From: Octopus sinensis
Taxonomy: Eukaryota
Assembly: GCF_006345805.1 (NCBI RefSeq)
Contig: NC_043005.1
Span: forward strand, 40,176,001 to 40,240,000
Direction of reading: 5' to 3'
Length of the DNA: 64,000 nucleotides
Shown: piece by piece, positions 38,534 to 51,512 of the stretch
Layout: each line of letters begins with the position of its first letter
How positions within the stretch are numbered: the first letter of the stretch is position 1
Translations under genes and position numbers: made by a program
The notes under the pieces: model-generated
What the model was told of the DNA's origin: nothing
Seen by the model: the letters and a program-made list of their open reading frames with translations, nothing else
Databases searched by the model: none

Positions 38534-39639
38534 TAATTAGTTTCACAGTCTATGTTATTACGAGTTCAAAATCCACTTCGGTCAAGTTTAACTTTCATCA
38601 CACTAACATTCAAGAAAGACGGTTCTGCGATTTCTTGCTGAATAACCTACTCAAATGATTTGTTTATTATAGTAATCAAATGCTTGTGCTGTACATCAGT
38701 TCACTCCCTCCATCAAATCAACGTTACCTGAGCAAGTGCACAGAATACCTGAAATTGAAGTGATCGCAGAGCAACGTGAGATGAGGTGTTTTGCACCAGA
38801 ACACAACGCACCGCTCTGTTCGGGAACTGAAACTACGATCTCGCGATCGTGAACATCACAGTAATCGTGCCGATTTAAATAACTATACTGCTTTCTAAGT
38901 TTATGCCTGTATGCTAATCTAAGAATGACCGACACAATTTCAACAACGACACCATCTTTTCTGTTGCAACGGACTAATGTGTGTGTATGTGAGAGAGAGA
39001 GTGTGAGTGTGAACAAAAAAAAAAGACGGATGAACTTAGTGCAGGTTCAACGACTATCTAACAATAGAACGGGCTCTTAGAAATTCCCGGTTGGTGGAAG
39101 ACAACTGGGAGTAAGGCACCCTTTAGCTTTTGTTTGAGCATGTCTCAACGAGAAGATCACTGATATAAAACCAGATATGCAGAGTATGGCATCGAACATT
39201 TTGACGATCATTAATTTGAGCTTGAGAACATGGTGCTCCTACATTCCTGAGTGTGCAACCTATATTAGCGTTAGATATTTTGTCTCGGCTTGTCTCTGGA
39301 TATGTCGATGGGGTAGAGAGGGTCTATGGGGTATTGTACAAGCCTTATTGGGCCTAAAATTTTGCTGACGTTTTTGCATGGGCATTACTGCTTTAATTTT
39401 TTAAACTTAACACTGTGCCGATGAGAAGGTGGCGAAGCTTGCAGACCTGACGGGTTGGAAGCAGGACTTTGCCTTTCATCCTTTCGGGGTCGATAAATTA
39501 AGTACCAGTTACGCACTGGGGTCGATGTAATCGACTTAATACCTATGTCTGTCCTCGTTTGTCCCCTGTGTTTAGCCCCTTGTGGGTAATAAAGAAATAA
39601 GTCAGTAACTTACAAGTAGGCGGCCCATATTAGATATAA

Positions 39640-42600
39640 AGTCCTCTCCTGATAATCCAAGACAGTGGTGGCACTCGGTTGCTGCGTGGGTGACTGAGTA
39701 GCTCCTTTTGAGAAGGGCACTGTTCATCTGGAAACCGGAGAGGTTCTAGGAAAGGTGAACTAAAAATTGCCTGTCGTTTTCTATCTCGTCAATCGACCGC
39801 GACGGATGTCCACCTTGCGCTGGCAAAACAAAGAAACTATTTACAATATCTGGATGGAATATGAATATTTGATGTTGGAATGTGAGTACTCTGTTAAATA
39901 ACAATAGTGAATATAGTCCTGAAAGACGTACTGCCCTTGTTGCCCGTCAATTGACTGTCTTTGTTGCCCGTGATATAACATATAGTAGGAATGGTGATGG
40001 CCAGCCTGAAGAGGTTGGGGGAGAAATCGAAAGAGAAATGTGGGGGGCCGGGTTGGTGTTGGTTTTGCAGCTCGATCTGAAATTATCAAGAAGTTGGAGT
40101 TTCCTATCCCTATAAATGACCGTTTAATGACTCTGAGAGATGGGTGATTTAATACTCTGATAAGTGCCTATGCTCCTACTTTGACCAGTCCTGATGAAGA
40201 TTAAAAAGTGCTTTCTATGCCCATCTGTGTGCTATACTCAGGAAAATGCCTAAGTCAGAAAATGTTATTCCTTTGGGGGATTTCAGTGCGAGGGTTGGAA
40301 GGGATTCGCAAAGATGGAACTCTCTCGGGTATTTTGGTGCAGGGAAGATGAATAGCAATGGTATCACGCGCCTAGAGCTTTCCGATGAATATGATCTTTA
40401 CATTGCAAGCACTCTATGCACAAAGGTGATAACAATATAAAAGCTGCTGAGGTCTTAGGTTTGGCACTATCTGCATTATGTTATTCGCAAGCGTGACATT
40501 TATGACATTATTAATGTGAAGTCCTTTCATGGATCGGAGTGTTGGGTAGACTACTGCCTGGTGCGAGTAAAATTCCATATGGTAATCAAAGTGAAGGAGA
40601 GAAGGCCAGATGGGATTTCTCGGTGCCTGAATGCCCGTAAGATATATGATCCTACCGTGAGGAAAGAGCTTCAGAATCACTTATCCAGCATCAAAGATAT
40701 TACACCTTGGGAGGAATTTCAAGACCAGGTTTTTAAACGCGCTGCTGAAGCATTGAGATATGTTGCAGCCAGTCATAGGGACCTGTTTGATGAAAATGAT
40801 GCTGAGGTTCAGAGACCTCTATCTGCGAAGTGCAATGTCTACAGTGTAGTACTGCACAGAGCGCTATCAGTTGCAAATCAGAATATAGCACTTACCCATT
40901 AGAAGAATGCAGAATCCCTACTGCAACGATTTTTCAGGAAGACGCAGAACACCTGATAGGAAGGTGTTGTTTGTGATATTCAAGCTGCTGCTGATGCAAA
41001 TGATAGCAAGAAACTCTACCATCATATGAAGCACGCTTATGAGCCTAAGAGTTCTACATCGGTTCCTTTGCTTTCCAAGGAAGGCTATACCCTACTTACT
41101 AAATCACAGAAATCGCAGGTCACTGGATTTAACATTTTTCTAAAATTTTAAACTGCAAGTTGGTTGTAGATGATAAAACAATTGGCACTATTCAACAAAG
41201 ACTTGTCATCAACTCTCTGGACTTTGCACCCTTAATAGACGAGGTAATAACAGCAACAAGTAAGCTGAATCTTGGTTAAGAACTGATAAAAACGGAATTT
41301 GCGCTGAGATTTTGCATTTTGGTAGTGGTCGTTTCACATTGAATCTTCACGAGCTTATTTGTGTAGTGTGGCGGGGTGGTGATGTTCTGGAAGGATTCAA
41401 TTATCCTTCCTCTCTAGAAAGAAAGGGGAGTCAGAATAAAGTGCGGTAACCATAGAGGTATTGCTCTACCATCAGCTTCTGGCAAGGTTCTGGCAAGAAT
41501 TCTTCTTATTAGCCTGAATAAATACATTGTAAATGATATCCTATCTGAATCTCTATGTGGCTTTCGTTCTAGTAGAACAATAGGCATGATTTCCACCGCA
41601 ATACAGATGCAAGAGAAGTGCTATGAGTAGAATATGGATCTTGTCTAGGCTTCATTGATTTAACCAAAGCTTTCGGTGTTGTGAATAGGACTTCCCTTTG
41701 GAAAATACTCGACAAGCTTGATAATTGGGGTCACTTTGAATTGATGATTATATCATTTTATGATAAGATGGAGTCATGGCTCAATGCCCGTGGTGATTTG
41801 GTAGGACCCATTACTGTAGAGAATGGCGTCAAGCAGGGTGATAACCCTTGTCCCAACTTGCTTTTGCTGCGGATTGCTCTTTTAGATACACGTGAGGTAG
41901 CGATCTTCTGGTCGTCTCTTCAACTTGCGTCAATTTGTTGTCAATACGAAAGTTTTTCAATCTCTTATCCATGACCTCTAACATGTGGATCATATCGACC
42001 TGGTTGCTCATTAGGTAGAAGATATGCAAATTCTCATATATCATATTTCTGCATTTTACAAAGAACAGTACTGAAAGTGGTAGACAAGTTTGTCTGCCTG
42101 GGCAGTACACTAAGCCGTTCTAAATCCTTAGATGAAATACCTTTAAGGTTTTAGAAGGAAGCTGATTCCTACGGGGCTTCCGAGTTTCGTGTCCGGTACC
42201 AACATAACATCACATGGCGAACAAAAGTTGCTGGATACCGTGAGTGTTTGCTGACGTCACTCCTTTACTCATGTGGGACGCGGATCCTTTACAGACATTA
42301 TGTAGGAGTAATTGAGCTCTTCCATCTTGGCTGGTTCTTGTGAACTCTGGACACAGAGGGACTGAGGGGAGCCCGAAGTCCTGGGCATTGAGGCGATGAT
42401 GCACAAGCTCTGTTTACATTGGTCTGGGCACCTTGTTGGGATAAATGATCAGAGGATCCTTAAGAAGACGCTATATGGCGAACATGTTTGTTGAAAGAGC
42501 CCCATATTTGAAATATGGGAACTCAGTTAGGAAAGCAATGCTTGTCATCGCCACCGATGGAGGAAACAGGTAAAGGAAAGAATGGTCGAAAAAATAACAT

Positions 42601-42760
42601 GCGTTTTTATGCAGAATTTAAGCGAGCTGCTCAAAAACCTCGTTTCCAGTGCAGTGAACAAGGGAAGCTTGATCTGCAATATCAAGATCTGGGTTCATTA
42701 GTCACCAACAGAGCCACAAATAAAGTACAATTCTGAGTTCACAATGTTCTTTACGGTCAG
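39640..42760 (+). mobile_element. RTE-BovB-like LINE, near full length but disrupted
   Basis: CWNVSTLL...PERRTALVAR, SAYAPTL, LGDFSARVGRD, DYCLV, HRGIALPSASGKVLARILL, CGFRSSR and GVKQGD motifs. Confidence 0.92.
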
Positions 42761-42925
42761 TGGTGGTCTTCCTCAGTTACAAGCGGACAACCATCTTGTA
42801 TGTGTTTGTAGCGAATTGCTTCCTAGATTTTTAACCAAGATTCGAAACGGTCTAGATGTTTTTACTAGTTCCTTCCTATTGTTCTCGGCATTAATACTCA
42901 GAAATTTGTGAGAGTCAACTATTAA

Positions 42926-43144
42926 CCCTTTTGTTACTGCATTTATTTTGAGATGCTCTGGGTTTCTTTCAATTATTCTAAATATAAAAAGAATTTAGTA
43001 AAATAACTTAGTTATCATTAAACTAGTGTTAGGAACGTAACTAGTGACTAAGGCTTGGTGGAATATTCTAATTCAAAACTTATGGAAACAAGACATTTTA
43101 CCACAGAGCCAGAGCCGGTTTTGGCCGGGTTAGTAACAAAAGGG
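42926..43144. mobile_element. piggyBac-like MITE
   Basis: TTAA-CCCTTTTGTTAC ... GTAACAAAAGGG TIRs; the right TTAA is missing. Confidence 0.65.
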
Positions 43145-43808
43145 CCTGTGATCGTTCTTTGGCCGAGGAAAATAACAGACACAAAAATCCTTTGTTTAAC
43201 CTGACCTAATTTAATTATCAAAAATATATAAATACGGGACCCAAATTTGTTTCTATCTCTTTCAGTTGGCCCCTCGCTGGAAGAGCACATTTATTTGTTT
43301 CTCATTTCACTCATGTCACAGCGGGACAATGCAGCTTCCACCTTCTCTACTTGTCAATACAGAGAAGTAAATTCTTTTTCTCCTTTTTTTTTGTCTCCTT
43401 CCGTTCATCTTCTAGCAGTCAACAAACGATGAGCTCAACAACGTACAGAATGAATAACAGAACTGCAAATAATCTGGGCATATCTATTTATATTTTTCTT
43501 CCTATCACTCATTTGCTACATATAACCTGTACATATATATGCAAAAGTATGTATGTTAATATGTACTTATGTATGTATGTATGTATGTATGTATGTATGT
43601 ATGTATGTATGTATGTATGTATGTATGTATGTATGTCATTATTCAGTTTATTTCAATATTTCTTACCAATTGAGAAAGAACCGGTTTCTAACTAAAATCC
43701 AAGGCGCCTTCATTGGAATTTCAACGTCAACAATAGGGTATGTATGTATGTATGTATGTATGTATGTATGTATGTATGTATGTATGTATGTATGTATGTA
43801 TGTATGTA

Positions 43809-44109
43809 CTAGCAGTATCGCCCGGCGTTGCTCGGGTTTGTAAGGGAAATAACTATATAAGCATTTTTAGAGAGTTCCCTTATATAAACCAAGCAAAAAA
43901 TGCATTAAAAATGGGGGAAAATGATGGTAAATTCTTTTTAAAATCGTAGACTCATCGTAAACGCGCGCTAATACCCAGAAGGGCTCGATATGAATCACGA
44001 CTATAAGATACCCGCTTTTGGTTAAACTGCACCGCAAAATGTGGGAGTAGTTAGGAATCTAAATCGGAGTAGACAGACACATACACAACTTCAGTTTTAT
44101 ATATAAAGA
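43809..44109 (-). mobile_element. Non-autonomous Helitron (family A), internally deleted, inside a (TATG)n tract
   Basis: CTAG plus hairpin end at 43809 and TC start at 44109; ~95 bp shorter than other copies. Confidence 0.85.
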
Positions 44110-44215
44110 TGTATGTATGTATGTATGTATAAAGAGATGGGGAGAGAGAGAAAAATGGGATAGAGAGAGAGGGAGAGGATATGAAAAGTACGTGCGAACA
44201 TACACACACACATGC

Positions 44216-44291
<76 letters not shown>

Positions 44292-44622
44292 GGGAGAATA
44301 TATGGAATAAATTAATTGCTTATGAACAGAATTGTAAAGAAATAGTAAAAAGGTATCGTTACATAAACGAAAATAATGCTTATTCAGTCATCACAAACAC
44401 GTGTTTAGTATTTAAATATTCATATACACCCAATCTACTATAATAATATTCTTGTGTTTTTTCCGCCACAACATATGAGTGAACAAGGAAGGGGTGATAG
44501 ATGAATAAAGAAGGAAAGAGTGAAGGTAAACTGGTAGTCGGATGATGGAAATTCTACGGTGAAAAAAAAAATCAAACTGTGTTTCAACTCTGTGTGGTTA
44601 TACTTTTGTGTATGTAAAAGGG

Positions 44623-44670
<48 letters not shown>

Positions 44671-45967
44671 AATTGAAGTGGGATGGTGAACATTCAACGC
44701 TGAAAAGAAAAATCAAACAGCGTTTCAACTCTGTGTGAGTATATGTGTGTATGTGTGCATGTACAAGGGAAGTATTTGAATGTTTTTTTTTTGTGAACCA
44801 GCGTTCTTCCAGTAACAAACGATGATCGATGTCACATCTCAAATGACAACCACTAGATAACATTGACAAGTGTATTAATTTGATTTACCGTCCATATTTA
44901 TATATAAAATACTACAATTATCCGTCATTTTTGACGGCACGGAGCCAGCTAGTAATATGATAAATAATGTTTGAATGACATAAATATCCGTAAAGAGATA
45001 TCCAATTAAAGTGGATCCAAAGTGGATCTTTTCAGTTTGGCTTTCACATGTACGCAGGGATTGTAGTAGTGTTAAGCAGACAACAGCTTGCCTTGTTGCT
45101 ATGGGAACAGACACCAATGTCTGTGGTTTATGATCGGTTAAAATTACCCCGATATTTGCAAACTTAAAATGTTATTAAATTTTTATATAATTTATGGCAA
45201 AAATGAATTTCATTACTTTAATTAACATACAAAACTACATCAATACACTAATTCTAAAATCAATTGGAACAAAGTTAAAGGAATTCAGAAGTGAAAGCCA
45301 AATTGAAAAGATCCGGAAACTTTACTAATTGAAAATTTAGATAATTTAATAATTACATATATAACAAGTATGTATAAGATACATATATAATACATAACCT
45401 CATTAAAATATATATCCGAAACCGAAGAAAACACAAACATGAGTGAAGAGAGAAGTGAAGGGAAAAGGCAAGAAAGAAAGAAAGAAAGAAACATTAATTC
45501 AACTCTTAATTTTTGTAATGACCAATTTTTTATTAAGTCTCTTATTTTCAATAATGCGAGTTGAATATGTATGTCAACGACTTTAACGAATTTGATGAAT
45601 GGAACGAACTCGAAACCACGGGGTGATGTTCCTATCCAGACAACTTTCACATTGCTACATACGAAGTCTTCTTTTCTGTCAACCAAACCGTGATTCCACT
45701 GATTCTCATGTAAATCCAAATTTACTTTCGATATAACATTTAGCATTCCTACCTTTGATCGAACAGCACCATTTTCCAGGTGACAGTAGAATCCTGTTTT
45801 CTTTCTTGTTGACTAAACCTTTCATCTTTGCTTTGTTTTTATTGTCACATTTGGAATTTCTTTTCTAATTTTTAAACAGACTTAATTACGAGAGCTAGAT
45901 AACCGATATACAGACGTTCCCACAGAAAACCAGCCTTAATTTCTTCTGTTATAGCTTGTTTTTTAAA

Positions 45968-46244
45968 TTTTATTTATGCACCCTTTTCAAGCCTATCCAG
46001 GCTTATGGGCCCGGTTTCCCGGGACGGGAGGCCAGTCCATCGCAGTGTTACTCAAGAAACAGGAAGAAAGAGTGAGAGAAAATTGGGGCGAAAGAGTACA
46101 ACAGGGGTCGCCACCACCCCCTGCCGGAGCCTCGTGGAGCTTTAGTTGTTTTCGCTCAATAAACATACACAAAGCCCAGTCTGGGAATCGAAACCGTGAT
46201 CCTCCGACCATGAGTCCGCTGCCCTAGCCACTGGGCCATTGCGC
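45968..46244 (-). mobile_element. tRNA-derived SINE
   Basis: Head GCGCAATGGCCCAGTGG (A box)...GGTTTCGATTCCC (B box); AT-rich tail. Confidence 0.8.
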
Positions 46245-46249
46245 TTTCG

Positions 46250-46790
46250 TTATAGCTTGTAGAGCAATAATAAAGAGGAAAAACTGGGCCCTGGTAGATC
46301 CCTATCCGCACGTTAATTCCCTCACTGAACTCTTTGTTAACTTTCACGCTGCTGACATAGCTTTGCGTGTTTCTCATGATCCATTCATCTCGACCTAGTT
46401 TTCACAGCAACTGCCATACTACAGAGAGTATTATCGTGTCATTGACCTCAAGGATAACGAATGCTAGATATAGAGGCTTGCTCTTAGCTAAGAATTTCTC
46501 TTGTGGTTGTTTTATTAGGAACAGTGCATCAGTGGTACTTTGTCCTGAAACGAAGCAAAACCAAAAATAAATTAGTTCGATGCCTCTGCAATTATTTCCT
46601 TCTACGAGTAGAGCATCTTTGTCTTTGTAGCAATTGATGATGGTATTGCTATGTCTTTGGGAATGACTCCTACCTTGTATACTACCTGATTGATTATGCT
46701 AATGACTGGTGCGTGTTCTACTTCCTCTGATATATTTGGTATCTGATGAATCGGATGCTTTCCCCGCCTTCATAGCTTTGATTGTCATTC
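46250..46790 (-). mobile_element. RTE LINE RT fragment
   Basis: TIKAMKAGKA, NCYKDKDAL..GN.CRGIEL, KFLAKSKPLYLA and GIYQGPVF fragments. Confidence 0.75.
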
Positions 46791-46799
46791 AAACGCTTG

Positions 46800-47771
46800 T
46801 CAAGATGGAGTCTTGAACTTTTCGATTTTGTGCACGCGGGAATTATTTGCAGTGATCATTTCGAGTGCATGTGTATCGTCATCTGATTCATCGTCGGTAT
46901 GTATCTCTACTTTATGTACAAATTTTCTTGATTTGCACATTTTTGCATAGTGTCCTTGTTTCTTGAATTTTTCACATGTCTTGTGAAATGCTGGGCATTT
47001 ATTTCTTTTGTGATTATAACCACAATAGTGACAGTTAGTGACGTAGTGTTGACTTGGCGCTTGAAACTTCGCGGGCTTTCTGTCACTTCCGCCTTGTTCG
47101 TTTTGATGTCTGGATTGCATATGGCGAGTTATTTGAGTTTTGGCGCCTTTTCTGTCGTGTTGACTATATACCCTCGAGATTCCGTTATCTCTTGTTTCGG
47201 ATGTGGCATTTAGCATCCTTGATTGGAGTCGTGTTTGCTCTGCACTCTGACCTGCTTGAATTGTTTTTTGTAAGTCTAAATTTGGTTCTCTCAATAATCT
47301 TTCTCTTAATCTCATGTCTCTGATTCCACATATCAGAATATCTTTGGTGAGACTGTCTGTGAGGTTGCCGAATTCGCACTGTTGTGCCTTTTGGCGCAAC
47401 TCTACCACGTACTCATCGAATTTTTGATGTTCCGCTTGTCCACATGTGAAGAATTTGTGTCTCAGGAAAGTTATGTTTTTCCTGGGTTTACAATATGCAT
47501 CGAATTTTTCGATTACTGTTTGAAGGTTCATTTCTTCGTCGGGTGAATCGAAATCCAGAGTGGAATGGATGTCTCGGCCTTTGGAACCGATGCAAGTTAA
47601 AAACATTGAAGTTTTTACTTTGTCTGGCTTCATGTCACTTTCTGTTGCTATCAAAAAGAGATTGAATTCTTTTTTCCACTTTTTCCATGCTGCGGCTAGA
47701 TTTTCCTGATTAAAGTCTAGGTCTTTTGGATGCGGTAAATTTTCCATTTCTTCTTTGAAGTATGATTTCAA
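46800..47771 (-). CDS. Ty3/Gypsy (Mag-like) Gag, 323 aa, two zinc knuckles (the second degenerate)
   Basis: W..WK..F..FL.A, RHKFF...Q, LR.RLL.EP.LDL motifs; CHYCGYNHKRNKC followed by CEKFKKQGHYAKMC. Confidence 0.9.
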   Translation of the reverse strand: MKSYFKEEMENLPHPKDLDFNQENLAAAWKKWKKEFNLFLIATESDMKPDKVKTSMFLTCIGSKGRDIHSTLDFDSPDEEMNLQTVIEKFDAYCKPRKNITFLRHKFFTCGQAEHQKFDEYVVELRQKAQQCEFGNLTDSLTKDILICGIRDMRLRERLLREPNLDLQKTIQAGQSAEQTRLQSRMLNATSETRDNGISRVYSQHDRKGAKTQITRHMQSRHQNEQGGSDRKPAKFQAPSQHYVTNCHYCGYNHKRNKCPAFHKTCEKFKKQGHYAKMCKSRKFVHKVEIHTDDESDDDTHALEMITANNSRVHKIEKFKTPS

Positions 47772-47815
47772 CTTCTTTTTTCTTTTGGTTTCTGTATTTT
47801 GGGTTCTTTTAGTAT

Positions 47816-48063
47816 TCTGATACCATGTTGTTGTTATATATATATAATGTATTGAGTATTAAAGGAAGTAGTGAGTACTTAGTATGAAAGATTAAGAAAA
47901 TGAGAGAGACTTAAAAAATGTGTTAACGATACGAGATACTTTATTAGACTGACGTTGTTGTACAAGGTATTTGTTGTGGCGGGAAACAAAGTGAATGTCC
48001 TTGTATCAAGGGAGACAATGGGCAACGTTGATTGTTCATGTTTGTTGTGATGATTACATAACA
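47816..48063 (-). mobile_element. 5' LTR (47826-48063, TG...CA) and PBS-like site of the Gypsy remnant
   Basis: Minus strand TGTTATGTAA...AACAACA with an internal AATAAA, followed directly by TGGTATCAGAA and, ~45 nt later, the gag ORF. Confidence 0.75.
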
Positions 48064-48567
48064 GTATCTACTTGTAGCAACCGCTATGTTTCGCGAGCAA
48101 TTTCCCTATTTAATACCTTCACGTAATAAAATTTTCATTCCACTTCCTCGATGTCAGTAGAGGTGAGGGCGCTGCAATAAATACGTATATACTTCTTATC
48201 AACAACGTCTTGTTTTATACAAACACACAACTTTGCTATCAGAAATGCATCACGTCTCTGACTTTCTACTTCCCTTCTGAATTCCTACTTACCCTCTGAC
48301 TAAGTTTACCTCACGTCTGTCAAGCTTCTCTTATAACTACCAGATAGTGTTCTTTGCTCCCCATCTTCTATTCTTTTCATGCCTGTCTCTTACTTTATAT
48401 ATATTTATCGTACCATTTATCAAGTTACTCTCCGTTTGGGTCGAACCTATTTCAATTCACATATCTGGGCTTATAGCTCCCTGCAGGTTATCTCAAAGAA
48501 ACTCGCAGTTGTCTTCTGCCTTATGTGTGCATGAGCATGCATATGTGCATAAGAGAACGTGTGAGTG

Positions 48568-48599
<32 letters not shown>

Positions 48600-49669
48600 T
48601 ACGTGTGGGCATCTATAAAGGCATCCCCAACTATCACTTCCTCATTAAAAACATTCGCGTCACTTACGATTCTTTTAAAACTGTTGTCTGGACGCGGGAT
48701 CTTTCAGCTCACATAACTTTCTTCTTCGTCTTTCTCCTACTCTAATGTCGCTAATTCACAACGTATTTTGAGCGGTGCATTCTTTAGCGGTTAAAAACCA
48801 TATTCACAACCATCTGTTCGCCTCGTTAACTTGGGAGTAGGCAGTCTATCTAGCTTTCATGTTCGCCTATGTACATACAAATACATGTATGTATGTATGT
48901 ATGTATGTATGTATGTATGTATGTATGTATGTATGCATGCATGCATGCATGCATGCATGCATGCATGCATGTATGTATGTATGTATGTTGTATGTATGTA
49001 TGTATGTATGTATGTATGTATGTATGTATGTGCATACATACATATATATTTTTTTATTCTTTTACTCGTTTCATTCATTTGACTGCAGCCATGCTGGAGC
49101 ACCGCCTTGAAGGGTTTTAGACGTAGAAATCTATCCCAGGACTTATTCTATGTAAGCCAAGTACTTGTAATATCGGTCTCTTTTGCCGAATCGCTAAGTT
49201 ACGGGGATGTAAGCACACCAACATCGGTTGTCAAGTGATTGCGTGGGGACAAACCCACAAGCAACTCTTTCAATTGATCAATTTTGTCCCAACTGTCTCA
49301 TCTAAGGTGAGGACCATGTACTGCAATAGCTTGGGCTTCAAGGGCCCACAGCTATTTAACTCCCAGTCAAAACATCTGAGGGGGTCTTCATGGAGTGGGG
49401 GTAGATGTTTTCAAGAAACAAATTGACCTCTTGCTATCGAAGATCCCAGATGAACTAATATCAAGGCAGGAAACTCAAAAGAAGGCAGCGGTAATTTCTT
49501 TATTATCCATAAGGATTAACACAGATGGGGACAATACAATGATTTGGGGTTAAAACATGAAACTTTTTACAATGAAATCGGATGGGTTATTTACAATGGA
49601 GTTATAATGAAATCGAATAAAAACAAATAACAAAAAAGAGACAAATGAAGTTAAAAGAACAGGGTAGCC

Positions 49670-49960
49670 GACCCCACGAGCCCTGTCATTTCAGCTGAAA
49701 CTTTTGGTAGGTGATCATGGCGTGTTCATGCAGGGCCTTTCACACCCAGCATCCGTGCTACATGCATCCATCTTTTCTTGAATATAGACTTTGTCAGACA
49801 CCTTTTCTCTAGCTCCACCTTCCTCTTCAGATGGAACCTGAAGAAGTTTGTTAGGGCGGTGCCAGAGATCATGGTGTCTGACATTAAACCTTTCACAAGA
49901 AGGCAGCGGTATCGAGCTCCCTCCTTCACCGAAAGCCAAACTCATAGAATTCGCCAATTA
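49670..49960 (-). mobile_element. L1/Tx1-like LINE 3' fragment
   Basis: KGLMSDTMISGTALTNFFRFHLKRKVELEKRCL...KRWMHVARM. Confidence 0.6.
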
Positions 49961-50046
49961 GAAGTTGATTACACAGCATGGCCACAGCCTCAAAGCTGAA
50001 ACATATAAAAAAATAAAAGACTACACACACACACACACACATACTG

Positions 50047-50078
<32 letters not shown>

Positions 50079-50395
50079 ATAATATATATATATATATATA
50101 ATATATATATAATATATATTATATATATATATATATATATATTAATTGAATAAAGTTAAAACAGTCTGGTTTTCACGTTTTTTTTTATTATTATGGTATT
50201 TTAACAAAATTAGTGCTTTCATACATAGTGTACTCATCAGATTTCAAATGTGTTTAATAGAAAACATGAAAACCAGACCATGTTTTAACTTTATTCAACT
50301 AGTATATTATTCCATAGTATATTATTCAACTAGTTATTATTCTATAGACGTTCACACAAATTCGAAACAATATACATACATATACATATACATAC

Positions 50396-50453
<58 letters not shown>

Positions 50454-50593
50454 AGTGATAGTAGTCCTTTCATCACACCATATAAAAGAATTTTAATTAA
50501 TTTTAACATATAAGTATGTGTATGTGTAAATAGGTTCGCCGGACTGTGTAAGCCAATTTAATTAATATAAACTTAATTTATATATATAATATA

Positions 50594-50686
<93 letters not shown>

Positions 50687-50933
50687 GTATATATATATAT
50701 GTATATAAGGCGGGAAACACATATATATAAGGTGCATTCAAAGCAATGAAAGTTGTATTCAAAGCAGTGATTAGTAACACGCAAAACCGGTATGCTTTCG
50801 AATCTCTTTAATAATTCACAATAATAACTTTTATTACTTTTATTCCCACCTCACTTCATCATATGTATATATCTTTTGTTACTTTTCAGCAAGCTACTTA
50901 CCACACAGCCACTCCTGCGCCTATATATCTATA

Positions 50934-51001
<68 letters not shown>

Positions 51002-51076
51002 ATATATATGTAGGTCCCGGGTTGAGTATGTGTATGTATATATGTATATATATATATATATATGTGTATGTATATG

Positions 51077-51142
<66 letters not shown>

Positions 51143-51214
51143 ATATATATATATATATATGATGTGTGTGTGTGTGTGTGTATGTGTATATATGGTATAT
51201 ATGTGTATAAGTGA

Positions 51215-51457
51215 GAGTCTCCTTATTTACCTAAAGCTCTATTATCTATTTATTCTTTTATCTACTTTATCACTGATTCCTTTGACCACTCCCCTAAGAA
51301 TGATAGTTTGCGCCATGCCTACCCCAAAAAGTCCCCCACCACCACCCTTTAAACCTGCCTAAATGTATAAATGCCAAAACTATTTTTGTCACCTAGCTTC
51401 TTGATGATTTTTTGAATGAAACAGTTCTAGTCATGTAGAAGCTCCTTCTATAAAATA

Positions 51458-51460
<3 letters not shown>
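51215..51460 (+). repeat. ~250-bp repeat unit, copy 1 (copy 2 at ~54385-54640), ending in a hammerhead motif
   Basis: Collinear match between the two copies; both are embedded in (TA)n. Confidence 0.9.

Positions 51461-51512
<52 letters not shown>

Noticed and set aside
45285-45746. 153-aa minus-strand ORF as a host exon
   Set aside because: No recognisable motif, no convincing splice sites, and a low-complexity C-terminal half.
48073-48342. Solo LTR (TG...CA with AATAAA)
   Set aside because: No target-site duplication and no second copy in the window; cannot be supported.
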